Source: Cyanidioschyzon merolae
Lineage: Eukaryota
Assembly (NCBI GenBank): GCA_000091205.1
Contig: AP006502.2
Direction: 5' to 3' (one strand)
Length of the DNA stretch: 64,000 nt
The notes under the pieces are model-generated. The model did no database searches. It was not told the DNA's origin and was given only the letters and a program-made list of their open reading frames with translations. The position numbers and the translations under genes are program-made. This document shows, in pieces, positions 11,113 through 22,305 of this stretch. Each line of letters begins with the position of its first letter. The stretch's first letter is position 1.

Positions 11113-11137
11113 TTCCCTTGGTCGAGTCCCTTTGCGG

Positions 11138-13378
11138 TCACTGGAACAGCTCCGCCGCCTGTACCACGTCGGCAAGTACCAGCTGTGCAATTTCGATACT
11201 AGACATTGCTTCGCCACGAAAACAGGTCCGATGCCATTGACCACTCTGCTTCCATTTAACCACTATCCTGAAATCCGACACTGCACCTTCGCCGAGCCAG
11301 GACAGTTTGCGGTCGACTTGGGCTAGCCCCACCTGCATCGATGCGTTTGTCGGGCCACGAATGACGACGCTCTGGCTCTCAGATGATTGCGCTTCACGAC
11401 CAGATGTTTGAGGCGCTTCCTGAAAGACGTTGACAAAACGAATCAGATGGTTATCGGGGCACTCGAGGCCATGCGCGTTCGTTTCTTTGGGATCGTGCGT
11501 ACCCGTGAACCGGACTAGAAACTGAAGAACGGTTTCGTTGGTCCGTGCCTGTTCGAACAGGCTCTCGTACAAACTGTCCAAGGATGAAATACCATCGGGG
11601 CTATCCATAAAGTTCCGGGATGTCATAAAACGGTGAAATGACGAGACATTGGTGGCGTCTGTGGGATACGTCTCCGCGTGCCCAGGCGGGGGAAGAAAAG
11701 TTGCCGGTTCCTGTTCGAATAGAGAACGACATCCCACGAAGGGCGAGTCTCGCAGTCGGTGTTCTACGCAATCGAGGTCGCATCCCGTCATGCTCTGACG
11801 TGATTCATCGTAGAGAGGTTGTATACACACACGTGCATCACGGACCAGGTTCAGATCAGTGAAACCGAGAGCACGCGCGCAGACCATCGCTCGAGTGGCA
11901 CAGAGAATGCCGGAGAGCTCCTCGCGGCAGTCCCAGGTCTCGAGATGCCCAGCGGAGCGCGATTCCCGCACAGCAGCGGAAAACGAAAGGCCGCGTTCCA
12001 TTCGCTCAAGAACGTGCCCGATCCCCGGGCTCATGACGGCTTCGAAGCACACCAGGTTTGGCTTCATCTTCGACAAATACTTGAGAAACGCCAGCAATGG
12101 AATATCTGCACCAATGGCTGCATTACTGTGAACCGCGGGATGACGCAGAAGGAATCCGGAGGCTTGCACTGCAAACTGCCTGTTCAAGTTAGTGACTTGC
12201 GGATCTTGATCCGGATACAAGCGATTGATGCGCTCGAGCAGGCCCATTCCAGTCTCGTCAGCGGTTTGCTCTTCGTGTGGCGCCGCAAAGCAAACAGCGT
12301 TCGCTGAAACAATGCGCACTTTTGGATAGAATTGTCTGACCAAGGCAAGCAGCGCTCCCGCATGCGCTGCTTGACTCGTGTCCACGACAACTACGCCATC
12401 GAGACACGGCACCTGCGCAGCGCCGACTGCCGGTCGCACGTACGCAGGGCCAGATGATGAGAGCCTGCCAGTCGCAGCCGTTGACGCCAGCATCGATCGC
12501 AGCGCTGCCCACAAGCTTGTCGTATGCTCGTCTCCGGTATCGCGCGCTGATGTATATGTGAATTCCGCGCCTTCGTGCCAAAGCTTGTTGATGTCATGGA
12601 CAGTGGCAATAGGTTGCCAGTGAGTCGGACCGAAGGATATCCCCACAAGCTCTAGGACTATCCTTTCATCTTCGTAGAAGACGGCCGGCACCGCAGCTGT
12701 TTCGCAAACGTCGACCGCAGCAACTGAGCGGCCGCTTTGAGTGTCCCATGCTGCTTGTGCAGCCAATGTCTTCAGCATGAGACCGACAAACGCAGGTCCA
12801 ACAGTGCCTCCGGCAAGCAGGACAACGCCAACCTTTTTCTTCGCTCGTGCAGGCTCGAGCCACTGGTCTGCTTCGACTACTCTGGACAGATCGCAATCCT
12901 TCGGCGCCGCGCATATCGAGAGCGTCAAGTGGGCCAAGCGCTCGGCAAGGCTTTGCAGCAGGGCCCCGCGCTCAAAAAGCTGCTTTGCCGATGAAGCAAT
13001 CGAGCTAGAGCGCAAACCCTGCCCTACTTTGAAAGTTCGTTCCTTGGGTGGCTGTTCCAAGTCGCACGGCGTCGGTTGAACGCAGTCCTCGGCGAGCGCG
13101 CTAGGCGTTTGCGTCCGCTGCTCTTGGCTGATCCGTTGCGTCTCCAGTCCAGAACTGTCAGGAAGCGTTTCGAACCGTTCTCCCCGAGAACGAAAACGTG
13201 GCTCCTGAAGGTTTGGACCGGTCTGGACGCTCGTGAGAAGGCCCCGCAGTGTGTGGGATAGGAGGTCCGGGCCGCCTTCCAGCTGTTGCAGAAGTTTTTC
13301 GATCCCTTGACGAACTTCAGCGAGCCAGGACTCCAGATCAGGAGCAGACCCAGAGACCGAGGATGCATGGGCGTCCAT
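11138..13378 (-). CDS. Conserved hypothetical protein, 746 aa. Domain not identified.
   Basis: Long uninterrupted ORF with ATG at 13378 (MDAHASSVSG). It shows coding-like composition and blocks that look conserved: KVGVVLLAGGTVGPAFVGLML, HDINKLWHEGAEF, PKVRIVSANAVCFAAPHE and NLVCFEAVMSPGIGHVLE. I could not assign a family from memory. Confidence 0.55.
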   Translation of the reverse strand: MDAHASSVSGSAPDLESWLAEVRQGIEKLLQQLEGGPDLLSHTLRGLLTSVQTGPNLQEPRFRSRGERFETLPDSSGLETQRISQEQRTQTPSALAEDCVQPTPCDLEQPPKERTFKVGQGLRSSSIASSAKQLFERGALLQSLAERLAHLTLSICAAPKDCDLSRVVEADQWLEPARAKKKVGVVLLAGGTVGPAFVGLMLKTLAAQAAWDTQSGRSVAAVDVCETAAVPAVFYEDERIVLELVGISFGPTHWQPIATVHDINKLWHEGAEFTYTSARDTGDEHTTSLWAALRSMLASTAATGRLSSSGPAYVRPAVGAAQVPCLDGVVVVDTSQAAHAGALLALVRQFYPKVRIVSANAVCFAAPHEEQTADETGMGLLERINRLYPDQDPQVTNLNRQFAVQASGFLLRHPAVHSNAAIGADIPLLAFLKYLSKMKPNLVCFEAVMSPGIGHVLERMERGLSFSAAVRESRSAGHLETWDCREELSGILCATRAMVCARALGFTDLNLVRDARVCIQPLYDESRQSMTGCDLDCVEHRLRDSPFVGCRSLFEQEPATFLPPPGHAETYPTDATNVSSFHRFMTSRNFMDSPDGISSLDSLYESLFEQARTNETVLQFLVRFTGTHDPKETNAHGLECPDNHLIRFVNVFQEAPQTSGREAQSSESQSVVIRGPTNASMQVGLAQVDRKLSWLGEGAVSDFRIVVKWKQSGQWHRTCFRGEAMSSIEIAQLVLADVVQAAELFQ

Positions 13379-13939
13379 GGTTATCTGTTTTTCTGTAAAG
13401 ACAAGAGCGTTTACAAGAACCCTGATTTTACCACATACGAGATTTCACGTGCATCTCAAAGCGAGCGCTCTGAAACTAGCGTCGCACCGCTGCGACCCGC
13501 ATGGCTGCTCCAAGCCAGAGTAGATCTGACCGCAATCCGAATAACGAATGGCTGTGACACGAAAACGTGTCCACGACGCATCATTCGCGCCGATCTCCGA
13601 CGTCTTTCTTTTGGGTCACGAAGGAGTAGAAATACATGCTTGGCGATCGAAGATGGTGATAGGGAACTTTTCTAACCATAATAGTATCCAATTGTATATT
13701 AAGGTCTCTAATAAACAAGATTTCCGTGATCCAAGATGGTGATACGGAACTTTTCTACCCATACCAGTATCAAACTGAATTCATGGTACATGTTTGTATC
13801 TAAAGGACATGGTGTTCTGGCTTGCTCGTAGCTCGATCCATGCCCGCACAGGTACGCGCACAGTCGTTTGCCACAGACTCCGTCTGGTTCGCACTTGCGC
13901 TTCACGTATGGGTTGGCTCATGCGTGCACAAACTGACGC

Positions 13940-14770
13940 ATGTCTCAGTTAAACGCAGTTTTTAGAGCGAGAGCTTTGTTTAGAGTTGCTGCGTGGCCGG
14001 GGTTCAGTCAGCAGACGCGACCTGTGTCCGGGGCGTGTTTGCACACGTGCCAGACGTTTGACCTGCTTGCAACAGAGCACCTGTGGCGCCGAAGCTGCCT
14101 CGATGTTGAAAACGCTTTCAAGGCGCACATCATACAGCGACGTTGGAAGAGGAGCAGCTCAAAACGAGCACCGGCAGTGACGTCAGCGGAGTCGACTGGC
14201 GACACGACCGACTGGGCACGCTGGCTCCACGAAGCAGAGGCGCAGGTGCGTTCTACACACACCGCGCTGCAGCGTGACCTGGACTCCATACGCACTGGAC
14301 GAGCAGACCCCGGGCTACTCGACTCGGTCATCGTTGTGCTGTCAGACGGTTCGCGCGTGCCGCTACGGAAGCTGGCACATGTCTCGCTCAGAGATCCACG
14401 TACGCTGCAGGTGCTCGTCCATGATGCCTCGTGGGCGGGAAACTGCGAGAAAGCAATCCGGAGCGCTGGTCTCGGCTTAAACCCGGTCGCTGGCACCGGC
14501 AATGCAAGTCATGCGCTCTTCGTGCCGGTACCGCCACCATCAGTCGATGCGCGCCGCCAAATGATCCGTCTCGCATCACAGCGAGCAGAAGAAGCTCGAA
14601 AGGCTATTCGTCTAGTTCGACGAGACCTACTTGAACAGATTAAATCACACGTTATCCGCGAGGATGATCGCTTTGCGCTCAGAGAGAAGGTAGAAGTCGA
14701 GGTCCAGCGCTGGGTCAGAGCCGTCGATCAAGTCCTCCATGCCAAGGTTCGTGAACTCGAGCACCACTGA
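13940..14770 (+). CDS. RRF: Ribosome-recycling factor (RRF/frr), organellar form with an ~90-aa N-terminal targeting extension
   Basis: ATG at 13940. The C-terminal 185 aa (LDSVIVVLSDGSRVPLRKLAHVSLRDPRTLQV...QMIRLASQRAEEARKAIRLVRRDLLEQIK...VEVEVQRWVRAVDQVLHAKVRELE) is colinear with bacterial/organellar RRF. The N-terminal MSQLNAVFRARALFRVAAW.. is transit-peptide-like. Confidence 0.85.
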   Translation: MSQLNAVFRARALFRVAAWPGFSQQTRPVSGACLHTCQTFDLLATEHLWRRSCLDVENAFKAHIIQRRWKRSSSKRAPAVTSAESTGDTTDWARWLHEAEAQVRSTHTALQRDLDSIRTGRADPGLLDSVIVVLSDGSRVPLRKLAHVSLRDPRTLQVLVHDASWAGNCEKAIRSAGLGLNPVAGTGNASHALFVPVPPPSVDARRQMIRLASQRAEEARKAIRLVRRDLLEQIKSHVIREDDRFALREKVEVEVQRWVRAVDQVLHAKVRELEHH

Positions 14771-16131
14771 TGCATCCGCTTTGCCGAGCGATCGTGTAAC
14801 AAATGGACGCCGTCGCACTCCCTCTCCACCAGCAAGAAAGCATGCTATCCTCGGGCACCAATGCCTGAGATCCAGGTTATCTGCGAAGATAATCATGTGG
14901 GTCTTGTTTAGGTCAAGCATTGACCACCGGCGCGTGAGATTTAGACCATGCTAACGGACAATCTTGAGAGAATTGCGTAGGTTCAATGATGCACAGCGTT
15001 TTGTGCGATTAAGCGGAAGCAGGGTTTCCTCACTTTCAGCAAGATACGCGCAGCACCTGGAGACGCTGTCTGGTGGGCAACCTCTATCCGTCGTGGCGAT
15101 CGCTCCATTTGTGTTCGTCTGCGTGGATTCTGCGCGATGATCCGAACAACATCGGGGACTCCAACGCCAGCGCAAGTGGGTGCCTCTGTATGGAAACTTG
15201 CTCGGGTGCGGGTCCAAGAACTCGACAACGACTTTCATCTGAAGCGTGCTTTAAAGTCTGCCAGCGCTTGGCGAACGCAGTACTGACGGGCGCCTTCATT
15301 TCAGGAAGAAGAAACACACTCGCCCCTGCGAATAGGTCGTCGCCTTTGATACCACGCAATCCGAATAAAGCGGATTGTTTCCTTCAGAATTTGGGCAGAG
15401 CCTAGGAGGAGGGCAACCTCGCAGAATGCAGCCTGTTGCAGGAAACACTGGAAGATTCCTACATTGGTGCAGGCATTTCGATGCCACGTAGGTCCTAGAT
15501 GGAGCACGTTTCGGGCGGGATGCCCGCAATACAAGCGCGCGAACCTTCGGCACAGTCCTGAGGAGCTCCGGAAATACCCGGAGAGGCAGCGAGTGACTTG
15601 AGCTCCGAAAAATCGTGTTCAACTCGACGAGCGCAACACCGACTTCGAATCCGTCGCGGAATGAAACTGGAATCCTGGCGAACGCGCTGCAATGCCCCTT
15701 GTTCAGAGCAGATCGTCTGTAACGTACTCGATCGGACGAATGATCATTCACGAAGTAGATTCTGGTCTGGGGTTCCTAAACCCGAACGTTGGTCACTTTC
15801 CTACATAACGGTTTTTAGCATCTGCGCATCCTGGAGATCCCTGGTTCGATGCAACGATCCCTTACCCCCAGACATAATCGCATCTCCTTCGAGAAGCCGA
15901 ACCTAACGGAAGCAGAGACCCGACTTGCGCCTCTCGTGGATACGTCTCGACGCTCCGTCGTATGGGCTGACCACACCCAACATCCCCGCTACCGATTCGA
16001 GCGAGAGAGAATGTTTTACGGGCATGCCATTGTCCGGCGCATAGCACCTAGCGCTCATGGATGGTATACGATCGACCTCTAGATCCAAGCATCGATTCCG
16101 CGACTGAAAAGCCGGTGCTCCCTGGAGCGCC

Positions 16132-17328
16132 TCAGCTCATCGCCTGCGTCACCGGAGCATCATAGTTGCTGATCGCTCGCTTCCGATCGATGCGCTTGAG
16201 CAGACCAGCCAGGGTACGCCCGGGCGCGAGTTCAAGGAAATTTGTCCGATCACCGTGGTCCATAATGGCGGTCTGGATGCAGGCCTGCCAACGAACTGGC
16301 GCAGTTAGCTGCTCCACCAGGCGCTGTTTAATGGCATCTTTCTGATTTTCGTGAGGACGTCCCGTCACGTTGCACATCACCGGGTACTGAAGCGGCAGAT
16401 TCACGTCGATCGTTTGCAGCGCATCCGCCAAACGATCCGCTGCTGGCTGCATGAGCTGGGAATGGAACGCTCCAGCAACGCTGAGTTCCGTCGCCTTGAG
16501 GTGCAATGTGGCCGTCGCATATTCCATGGCCCTCCGGCAGGCGTCTTTCGATCCACTGAGTACGATCTGGCCTGGGGCATTAAAGTTTGCAGGGACAAGA
16601 ACCTCGTTACGCTTCCGGCACGCTTCACAGAGGTCCATAGCTTGTTCCTCCGAGATGCCCAGAATAGCGACCATGGTTCCCTCTGAGTCCTCTGCTGCTT
16701 TCTGCATAGCATCACCGCGGATCGTGACGAGTTCCAGGCCGGCTTCGAACTCGAACGCTCCTGCGAGCGTCAGCGCAGTGTACTCGCCGAGGCTCAGGCC
16801 CGCCGTCGCTGCCACGTAACTCGGTTCGCGACGCGTGCCAGGTGCGAGCTCGAACTGCTGTAGCCCGTACCAGCAGGCCAGTGATGTCACAAAAATCGCT
16901 GGTTGCGCGACATCCGTTCGATCGAGGACGTGCTTCGGGCCGTTGAACATTATATCCATCAAACTTTGACCATTCGGTAGACGAGAGCGTCCCAGGTAGC
17001 GATCTGCGCGTTGAATTATCTCCCGTGCTGCGCTGGATGCCTCGTACCAGGCGCGTCCTTGGCCTACCGTCTGCGCACCCTGACCCGGACAAAGCACTAC
17101 GACAGGTTCGCCTTCGCGCATGTGTAGCGTGCTGGCGTGGCTCCAACGCGTGCCGTGTCGCTCGCTGAGGCGGCGCACAGGCGCCACCACGAACCAAGGC
17201 GCCGCGGCCGCTGCTTTTCGCCACACGGTGCGCAGTCGTTTGTGTTGAGCGCACTGCAGTACAGGCCGCACGCCAGTGCCAACGCCGGCGCCCTTACTGA
17301 CGGACACGAAACCCACTGGGGTTTCCAT
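16132..17328 (-). CDS. FABD: Malonyl-CoA:ACP transacylase (FabD), organelle-targeted (type II FAS)
   Basis: Contains VVVLCPGQGAQTVGQG, then AIFVTSLACWY, then the active-site GLSLGEYTALTLAGAFEFEAGLELVTIRGDAMQ, then PANFNAPGQIVLSGSK. An ~80-aa Arg/Ala-rich leader follows the first ATG (complement of 17326-17328, METPVGFVS..). The ORF track's M at 17355 is a GTG. Confidence 0.9.
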   Translation of the reverse strand: METPVGFVSVSKGAGVGTGVRPVLQCAQHKRLRTVWRKAAAAAPWFVVAPVRRLSERHGTRWSHASTLHMREGEPVVVLCPGQGAQTVGQGRAWYEASSAAREIIQRADRYLGRSRLPNGQSLMDIMFNGPKHVLDRTDVAQPAIFVTSLACWYGLQQFELAPGTRREPSYVAATAGLSLGEYTALTLAGAFEFEAGLELVTIRGDAMQKAAEDSEGTMVAILGISEEQAMDLCEACRKRNEVLVPANFNAPGQIVLSGSKDACRRAMEYATATLHLKATELSVAGAFHSQLMQPAADRLADALQTIDVNLPLQYPVMCNVTGRPHENQKDAIKQRLVEQLTAPVRWQACIQTAIMDHGDRTNFLELAPGRTLAGLLKRIDRKRAISNYDAPVTQAMS

Positions 17329-18066
17329 ACACCAAACCGTTGCAGTGAAGTACACGAGTGCCAGCGCAGCGTCAGCGCACGATGCCTAGCTTCGACGTAC
17401 GCGTCGCCAGCACCGCTGCCAATACGACTCCGCGTCAGAGGGCCGTGTACGGGCGTGATGCGCACAGACGCCCATTCCTTTGTCCATTTTATTCCTATAT
17501 GTACTAGTACAGAGATTTTGCAGCCGCCGCGCGCAACGCTCCGGATGACATGCCGTATCAGCGGCGGTTTCGCTCGCCGATCTGGAAAGCACCCGCAACG
17601 ATTCCGCTGTTGCAGGACCAGGCGACGCAGCGCCCAGCCCTGGCACTCACGGACGCGTCTGCTACCAGTGCGTGCTGGGTACGCGCAGCGTTCCGTGCGG
17701 TTTGGCAGGTGTGCGTTCACCTTGGTGTCTGCAGGATACCTGGTCCTGAAGTTCGAGTCGATCTTGAGCTCATCAATTCTTAAAGCTTAATTCCTCCTTC
17801 TGAGCTCTATGGTTACCGCGGCAGGGTCGAGCGTCCAGAGAAGCAGCGTGCATTCGATGACCCGGCTCTATGTATCAGATTAAACGGGCACCCTGAAGTG
17901 CTCACTATCTTCCTGATTTTCGATTCCTTTTTCGAATTTTTTCCCAGTGCACAGCCTTGCAGTTCGAAATGGAGCAAGAAGGACTTTTGTATTCATGTGT
18001 TGTTTTGGGATTTTTGGTCGATGTTTTTTCGAAGGGGCACCTCTGTCGTTTCGCCCATGAACCTTG

Positions 18067-18700
18067 ATACGTCACCGAAATCAAGATGAATCGCGATGCC
18101 TTTTAACAAGCGTTTGTGAAATCACCGGTGTCACCATCCAGTTCATACGTGCACCGATTACGCTACTCCTCTGCTTATGTTGCGCATACGTAATCACGAA
18201 TGCTTCACGTTCCCAATGCTTCCGTGTCAGGGTAGCTCATGGACGCAGCAAGGCGCGCACCTGGACGGACGACGACCAATACATGGCGTCGTCCAGTGAC
18301 GACATCATCACAAGCCCATGCCGAAAGTCCTCAGAACTTGTCATGTCAAGCAGTCGATGCCGTTCGAAGGACGAATCCGTCTCTCGCCGTGGCAGTCCAT
18401 AAAACGTCATTCGACAGCCGCGGCATAATAGCTCTGTCTGGATACGCACCCAGCTGCTCCGGTCGCTTCTATTTCCTCGGTAAATGCCTTCGACTCGAGT
18501 CATTGCAGCGATCGCATCCAGCGCAGAGCGCGTCACCGCTTTGCACACAGGGAGCGTAGACGGATCGACGTTGCTCGACTTGATCGCGAGCGTGGACTTT
18601 TTTTCTCGTACTTGTGTCACCATGGAGGACATTGCGTTGCGTAAATCGTCTATCGGCTAGAACAGCATGCGCGTGTATTTTCAGCGGTCAAAATACTCGT
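18067..18700. repeat. Dispersed repeat, copy A (~634 bp). About 97% identical to the copy at 36247..36878, in the same orientation.
   Basis: The ORF-track peptides from 18064..18402(+) and 18237..18632(-) are nearly identical to those from 36212..36580(+) and 36415..36810(-), with 1–2 aa differences. Nucleotide similarity starts at 'acgtcaccgaaatcaagatgaatcgcgatgcc' and ends near 'cagcgg.caaaatactc'. The flanks are unrelated. Confidence 0.85.
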
Positions 18701-19381
18701 CGAAGGAATCGCATAGATGAAGCCACGGATCGTAGGATACGGTACCGAGCACGGAAACCAATGAAGCATCGCGTGGAGCCTGCTGTACCCGTCCAGGGTG
18801 TGCATAGAGCAGTGAAGCAAACGTTCACGCGGCGCATTGCCGCGCTCAGACGAGGATGAGGAGGAGCTCCTGTGAACGTTTGAGGGCACCTCATCACAGC
18901 CAAGTGTCATCGTTGCGAACGGCACACGGAGCTTTTCGACAATGAAGATGCAAAACGGCGAGCGACGCATAGATTACATTCCGCGCCTGTGCATTCCATG
19001 TGTCGACAAGCGCCGCAATCAGCGAAACGGGGACTAGAACGCTACGATCAACATCTCCCGACTGTTGAGAACAGAACTGGAAGCAAAGCAGAGACCTGCA
19101 TACTTAAAAGCGGAGATGAGATCAAAAGGAAGCAGTCGCAGAAAAACCTCGCAGAGGCTGGTATGAACTACAGTCGGCATAGATCCAAACTTCATTGCGT
19201 ACGCCCGTGTTGGAAGACCTGTTCCATGTTATTCTCCCAGGGGTGCGGCAGCGAGTACGTCATGCAGTCCCCATGACAAAGGCTGACGACCATGAAGAGC
19301 GCGCCACAAAGTCTCCCTCGACGGTAATCCAGTGTCGCATATGCCAGTGGTTCACGCATCGGACGCCCGCGGCAGTGTCGC

Positions 19382-20113
19382 TTACACTCCGGATGCTTCA
19401 GCTACACTCGCTGCATGCGCGTCATGCGCAGCATCCACAGTTCCGTCATCGTCTCCGGTGTTCGATGTCTCCGCTGCGGGCGCTGCCTGAACACCATTCT
19501 CCATGCCTTCGTTTGATAATGTCTCATTCGCTTGTAAGACCGATGATAAGTGCCCTGTTTGCGTGGAAGGCAGCGTTGCCGACTCTGGCTCGGTACCATT
19601 GACGGCTCCCGCGCTATCGCTCGACGGGAGCGGCGCAGAGGCGAGCTTCGCACGGTTGCCCGCCGGTTGCACCCGCTCGAACCCGGGAACTTCCTTCTCC
19701 CAAAACGGCACCGTCCGCGGCACGAACTGCGGTTTCGAGTTTCTATAGCGGTAAACGGAAAAGGCTGCTAAACAAGCCAAAACACCCCCAGCTAGACCCA
19801 GGCCTTGAATAACTTGTCGGTTACTCGTATCCGAGTGGTCATCGAGGTAGTTGCAAAAGTCCGACTCGCCGGGGCCCACCTCGTGTCCTTCGGGTAGGGG
19901 GCTAGTTGGCGGTTCGTCTGCCGTCTGAATGTTGGACTCTGCTCGGATCTGGCGCGCATAACGTACCAGTTCTTCAAAAGTCGCTTCCCTATGGTGAGAC
20001 GCGCCTTCGCTGGCAGCCGCACTGAACGTCCTGCGCCAGAGGCGACTGCAGGGTCGCGACAACGTCCACAACGTACTGGCCCGGAGAGCAGACTGCCTCA
20101 AGACGGTTCCCAT
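19382..20113 (-). CDS. Hypothetical single-pass membrane protein with a presequence-like N-terminus
   Basis: ATG at 20113 (MGTVLRQSALRASTLWTLSRPCSRLWRRTFSAAAS is Arg/Ser-rich and amphipathic). There is one hydrophobic segment, GLGLAGGVLACLAAFSVYRY (glycine-zipper-like). The C-terminal half is acidic and low-complexity. No family assignment. Confidence 0.4.
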   Translation of the reverse strand: MGTVLRQSALRASTLWTLSRPCSRLWRRTFSAAASEGASHHREATFEELVRYARQIRAESNIQTADEPPTSPLPEGHEVGPGESDFCNYLDDHSDTSNRQVIQGLGLAGGVLACLAAFSVYRYRNSKPQFVPRTVPFWEKEVPGFERVQPAGNRAKLASAPLPSSDSAGAVNGTEPESATLPSTQTGHLSSVLQANETLSNEGMENGVQAAPAAETSNTGDDDGTVDAAHDAHAASVAEASGV

Positions 20114-21225
20114 ACCGCGAGTGACAGTGCTTCGCTAGTATCACCGCTTTATCGCTAGACTCCACCAGAAAGACTCTCCTGCGTTGCTCTTCCTGTCGTG
20201 CGTTCGAGCTGGAACGCTGCTCGTTGCAAAACAATACTCCGTTCTCGCCAGCGCTGCCAATGGAGGCGAGGCGAGGTAGCGACAGGCTGCCGCTGCAAGT
20301 CCTGCGTAGCGAACGTGCAGCAGAGAGGGTTGAGTGCCTTTCACGTATGTCAGGTTGCGTATTGCAGGATGCTTTTGGATCCTAGCTTGGGATGGTGCAT
20401 AGCGTCTGGCTGCTCTGTGAGGGACGTCGCCGTGTGGGCCTGTACTCGCTGAACGATTGTTACGGGCACACAAGCGCTGGGAACTGTGTGGCGCCCCAGT
20501 CATCACAGTATCCGCCTTACTACCGATCACTCAGACCTCCGTAACATTGAATTACTCCATCAAGGTGTGTCGTTTCAAATTCTGTACTTGTTGATCGCAA
20601 TTTCTTGTTTCACGCTCTCGCGGTGCGGTGTCAGAGAGGAAGCTTGACACCCGCCTTCGAAACTTAGCTCCAAGGCCATCGGCGCTGTTTGGACGCCATA
20701 TTCTGATCCTGAACGCAGTAACCAACTTTTTTATCGTAGAGTTCGAGCGTTTCTGAGGTTAATGTCGCCGTTCGCGGCTCGACATGCTCCATGCACAACT
20801 GAGCTGGCAACCTCGTTCAGTGTCGTTTCGCGTACCCGATACATGAGTGGAACGCACCACCGAATGAAACAGAAAAACTGTTGGCTAGCATTCCATGTTC
20901 CGACACGCCGTTGATAGCCCGATGAAGAGGCGCCGAAGGAAGCCCTTTACATGAACATATCGTTATCGCGTATCCCAAAGGCACCGTTTCCATGCATCCT
21001 GCCGAGTTCACGTCCGTCGAAGCACCAGTGCCTCGCAATCACCAGAACAGTCTCCACAAAACAAAGGATTCTACCTGACCGGTGACCATTGAACGTTCGT
21101 AGACGTCAACGGAAGTGAAGTGCTTCCTCTGCGGAATTCCGGTCCGCTGCCTCGGCCCTTGCCTTCCGACAGCGTGACGGACATCGCCTTCATGCGACCT
21201 CTATTGCGCAACGATCTTCAGCTTT

Positions 21226-22305
21226 TTACTTTGAAGCCTCATCTCCGTTCTGGCCAGTTGGCGTGTCGTCGTCCGGCGTCTCGGTAGCATTGAGGTCTGT
21301 TTCCGCAGCGGACGCACCTTCAGACGATGCTGGCGCTGCCGGACCTGGACCTGGACCCATCGATACAGCACATACGGCAGCACGAATGAGGGTGCTCTCC
21401 ACTGCTCCTTCTTGCGTGGCTTGACCCGCGTGCACGTCCCGCATGATGTAACCTTTCTGGAATACATGGGTGATATAACCCTCGGGGTGCTCTGTTGACT
21501 CCACCCTCTGGATCGCTTCATGGATTTTGGGATCAAACTGCATCCCAACTGGATCCAGGGTCTCCACACCAATCTTTGCGAATGCGTCGAGCACTTGCTT
21601 GCAGAGCACCTGATAATTTTGATGGACCTTCTGTGCCTCCTCACTCTGAGGTTTCAACGTCTGCGCCGCTCTGTCGAAGTTGTCGATCGCCGGTAGCAAC
21701 TGTTGCACAGCGCGCATTCGACCGCGCAGTTCTTCCTGCTGTTTCTCACGTGCAACACGGCGCCGAAAGTTATCAAAGTCTGCAGAGAGACGCAGCACCG
21801 AATCACGTTCCGAGTCGGCAGCTTTCCGCGCGGCCTCAAGCTCTTCTCGCAGCGACTGCAACTCTTTCTCCAAAATTTCAATTTTTCGTTTCAGAAAAGG
21901 CGGCGAGTTCAGCAAATCCTCACCTTCCATTGCTTCTTCTTCTCCTTCTTGTTCTCCAGTTGTCTCTTCATGAGTAAGGTGCGTCTCGTTCTCGGCTTGG
22001 CTGCTGGCGGCTGCGTCCGCACCTTTCGCACCATCGTGGTTGCTCGGAGGCTCCGAAGGTTGCGCTTCACTCGCTGGTTGTTGCTCACGTTTCTTTGGGC
22101 CAGCATCGCCGCCTAAAGCCATGACGTACCCGTTGTTCGAGCGTGCTCTCGCGAACGCCAACCTCGTGCACTTACCGTACGTTCTAGAACGATCGAAAGA
22201 GACAGGTGACTGACCCTGGACGCGAAAGCACCGCCTCGTAAGCGTCCCTGCGCCACGCACCGTGATCGGCACGAAAGCCACGAGCCTGAACCCGGATGTA
22301 TCCAT
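21226..22305 (-). CDS. GRPE: GrpE nucleotide-exchange factor (organellar Hsp70 co-chaperone)
   Basis: Contains LEKELQSLREELEAARKAADSERDSVLRLSADFDNFRRRVAREKQQ..., then FDPKIHEAIQRVES..EGYITHVFQKGYIMRDVHAGQATQEGAVE, matching the GrpE coiled-coil and beta-domain signatures. The first ATG (complement of 22303-22305, MDTSGFRLVAFVPITVRGAG) sits ahead of a leader. The ORF track begins at a non-ATG at 22344. Confidence 0.85.
   Translation of the reverse strand: MDTSGFRLVAFVPITVRGAGTLTRRCFRVQGQSPVSFDRSRTYGKCTRLAFARARSNNGYVMALGGDAGPKKREQQPASEAQPSEPPSNHDGAKGADAAASSQAENETHLTHEETTGEQEGEEEAMEGEDLLNSPPFLKRKIEILEKELQSLREELEAARKAADSERDSVLRLSADFDNFRRRVAREKQQEELRGRMRAVQQLLPAIDNFDRAAQTLKPQSEEAQKVHQNYQVLCKQVLDAFAKIGVETLDPVGMQFDPKIHEAIQRVESTEHPEGYITHVFQKGYIMRDVHAGQATQEGAVESTLIRAAVCAVSMGPGPGPAAPASSEGASAAETDLNATETPDDDTPTGQNGDEASK

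Noticed and set aside
17097-17790. ORFs 17097..17720(-) and 17137..17790(+) of about 210 aa
   Set aside because: They overlap the 5' part of FabD in other frames or on the other strand. They have no similarity and begin at non-ATG codons.
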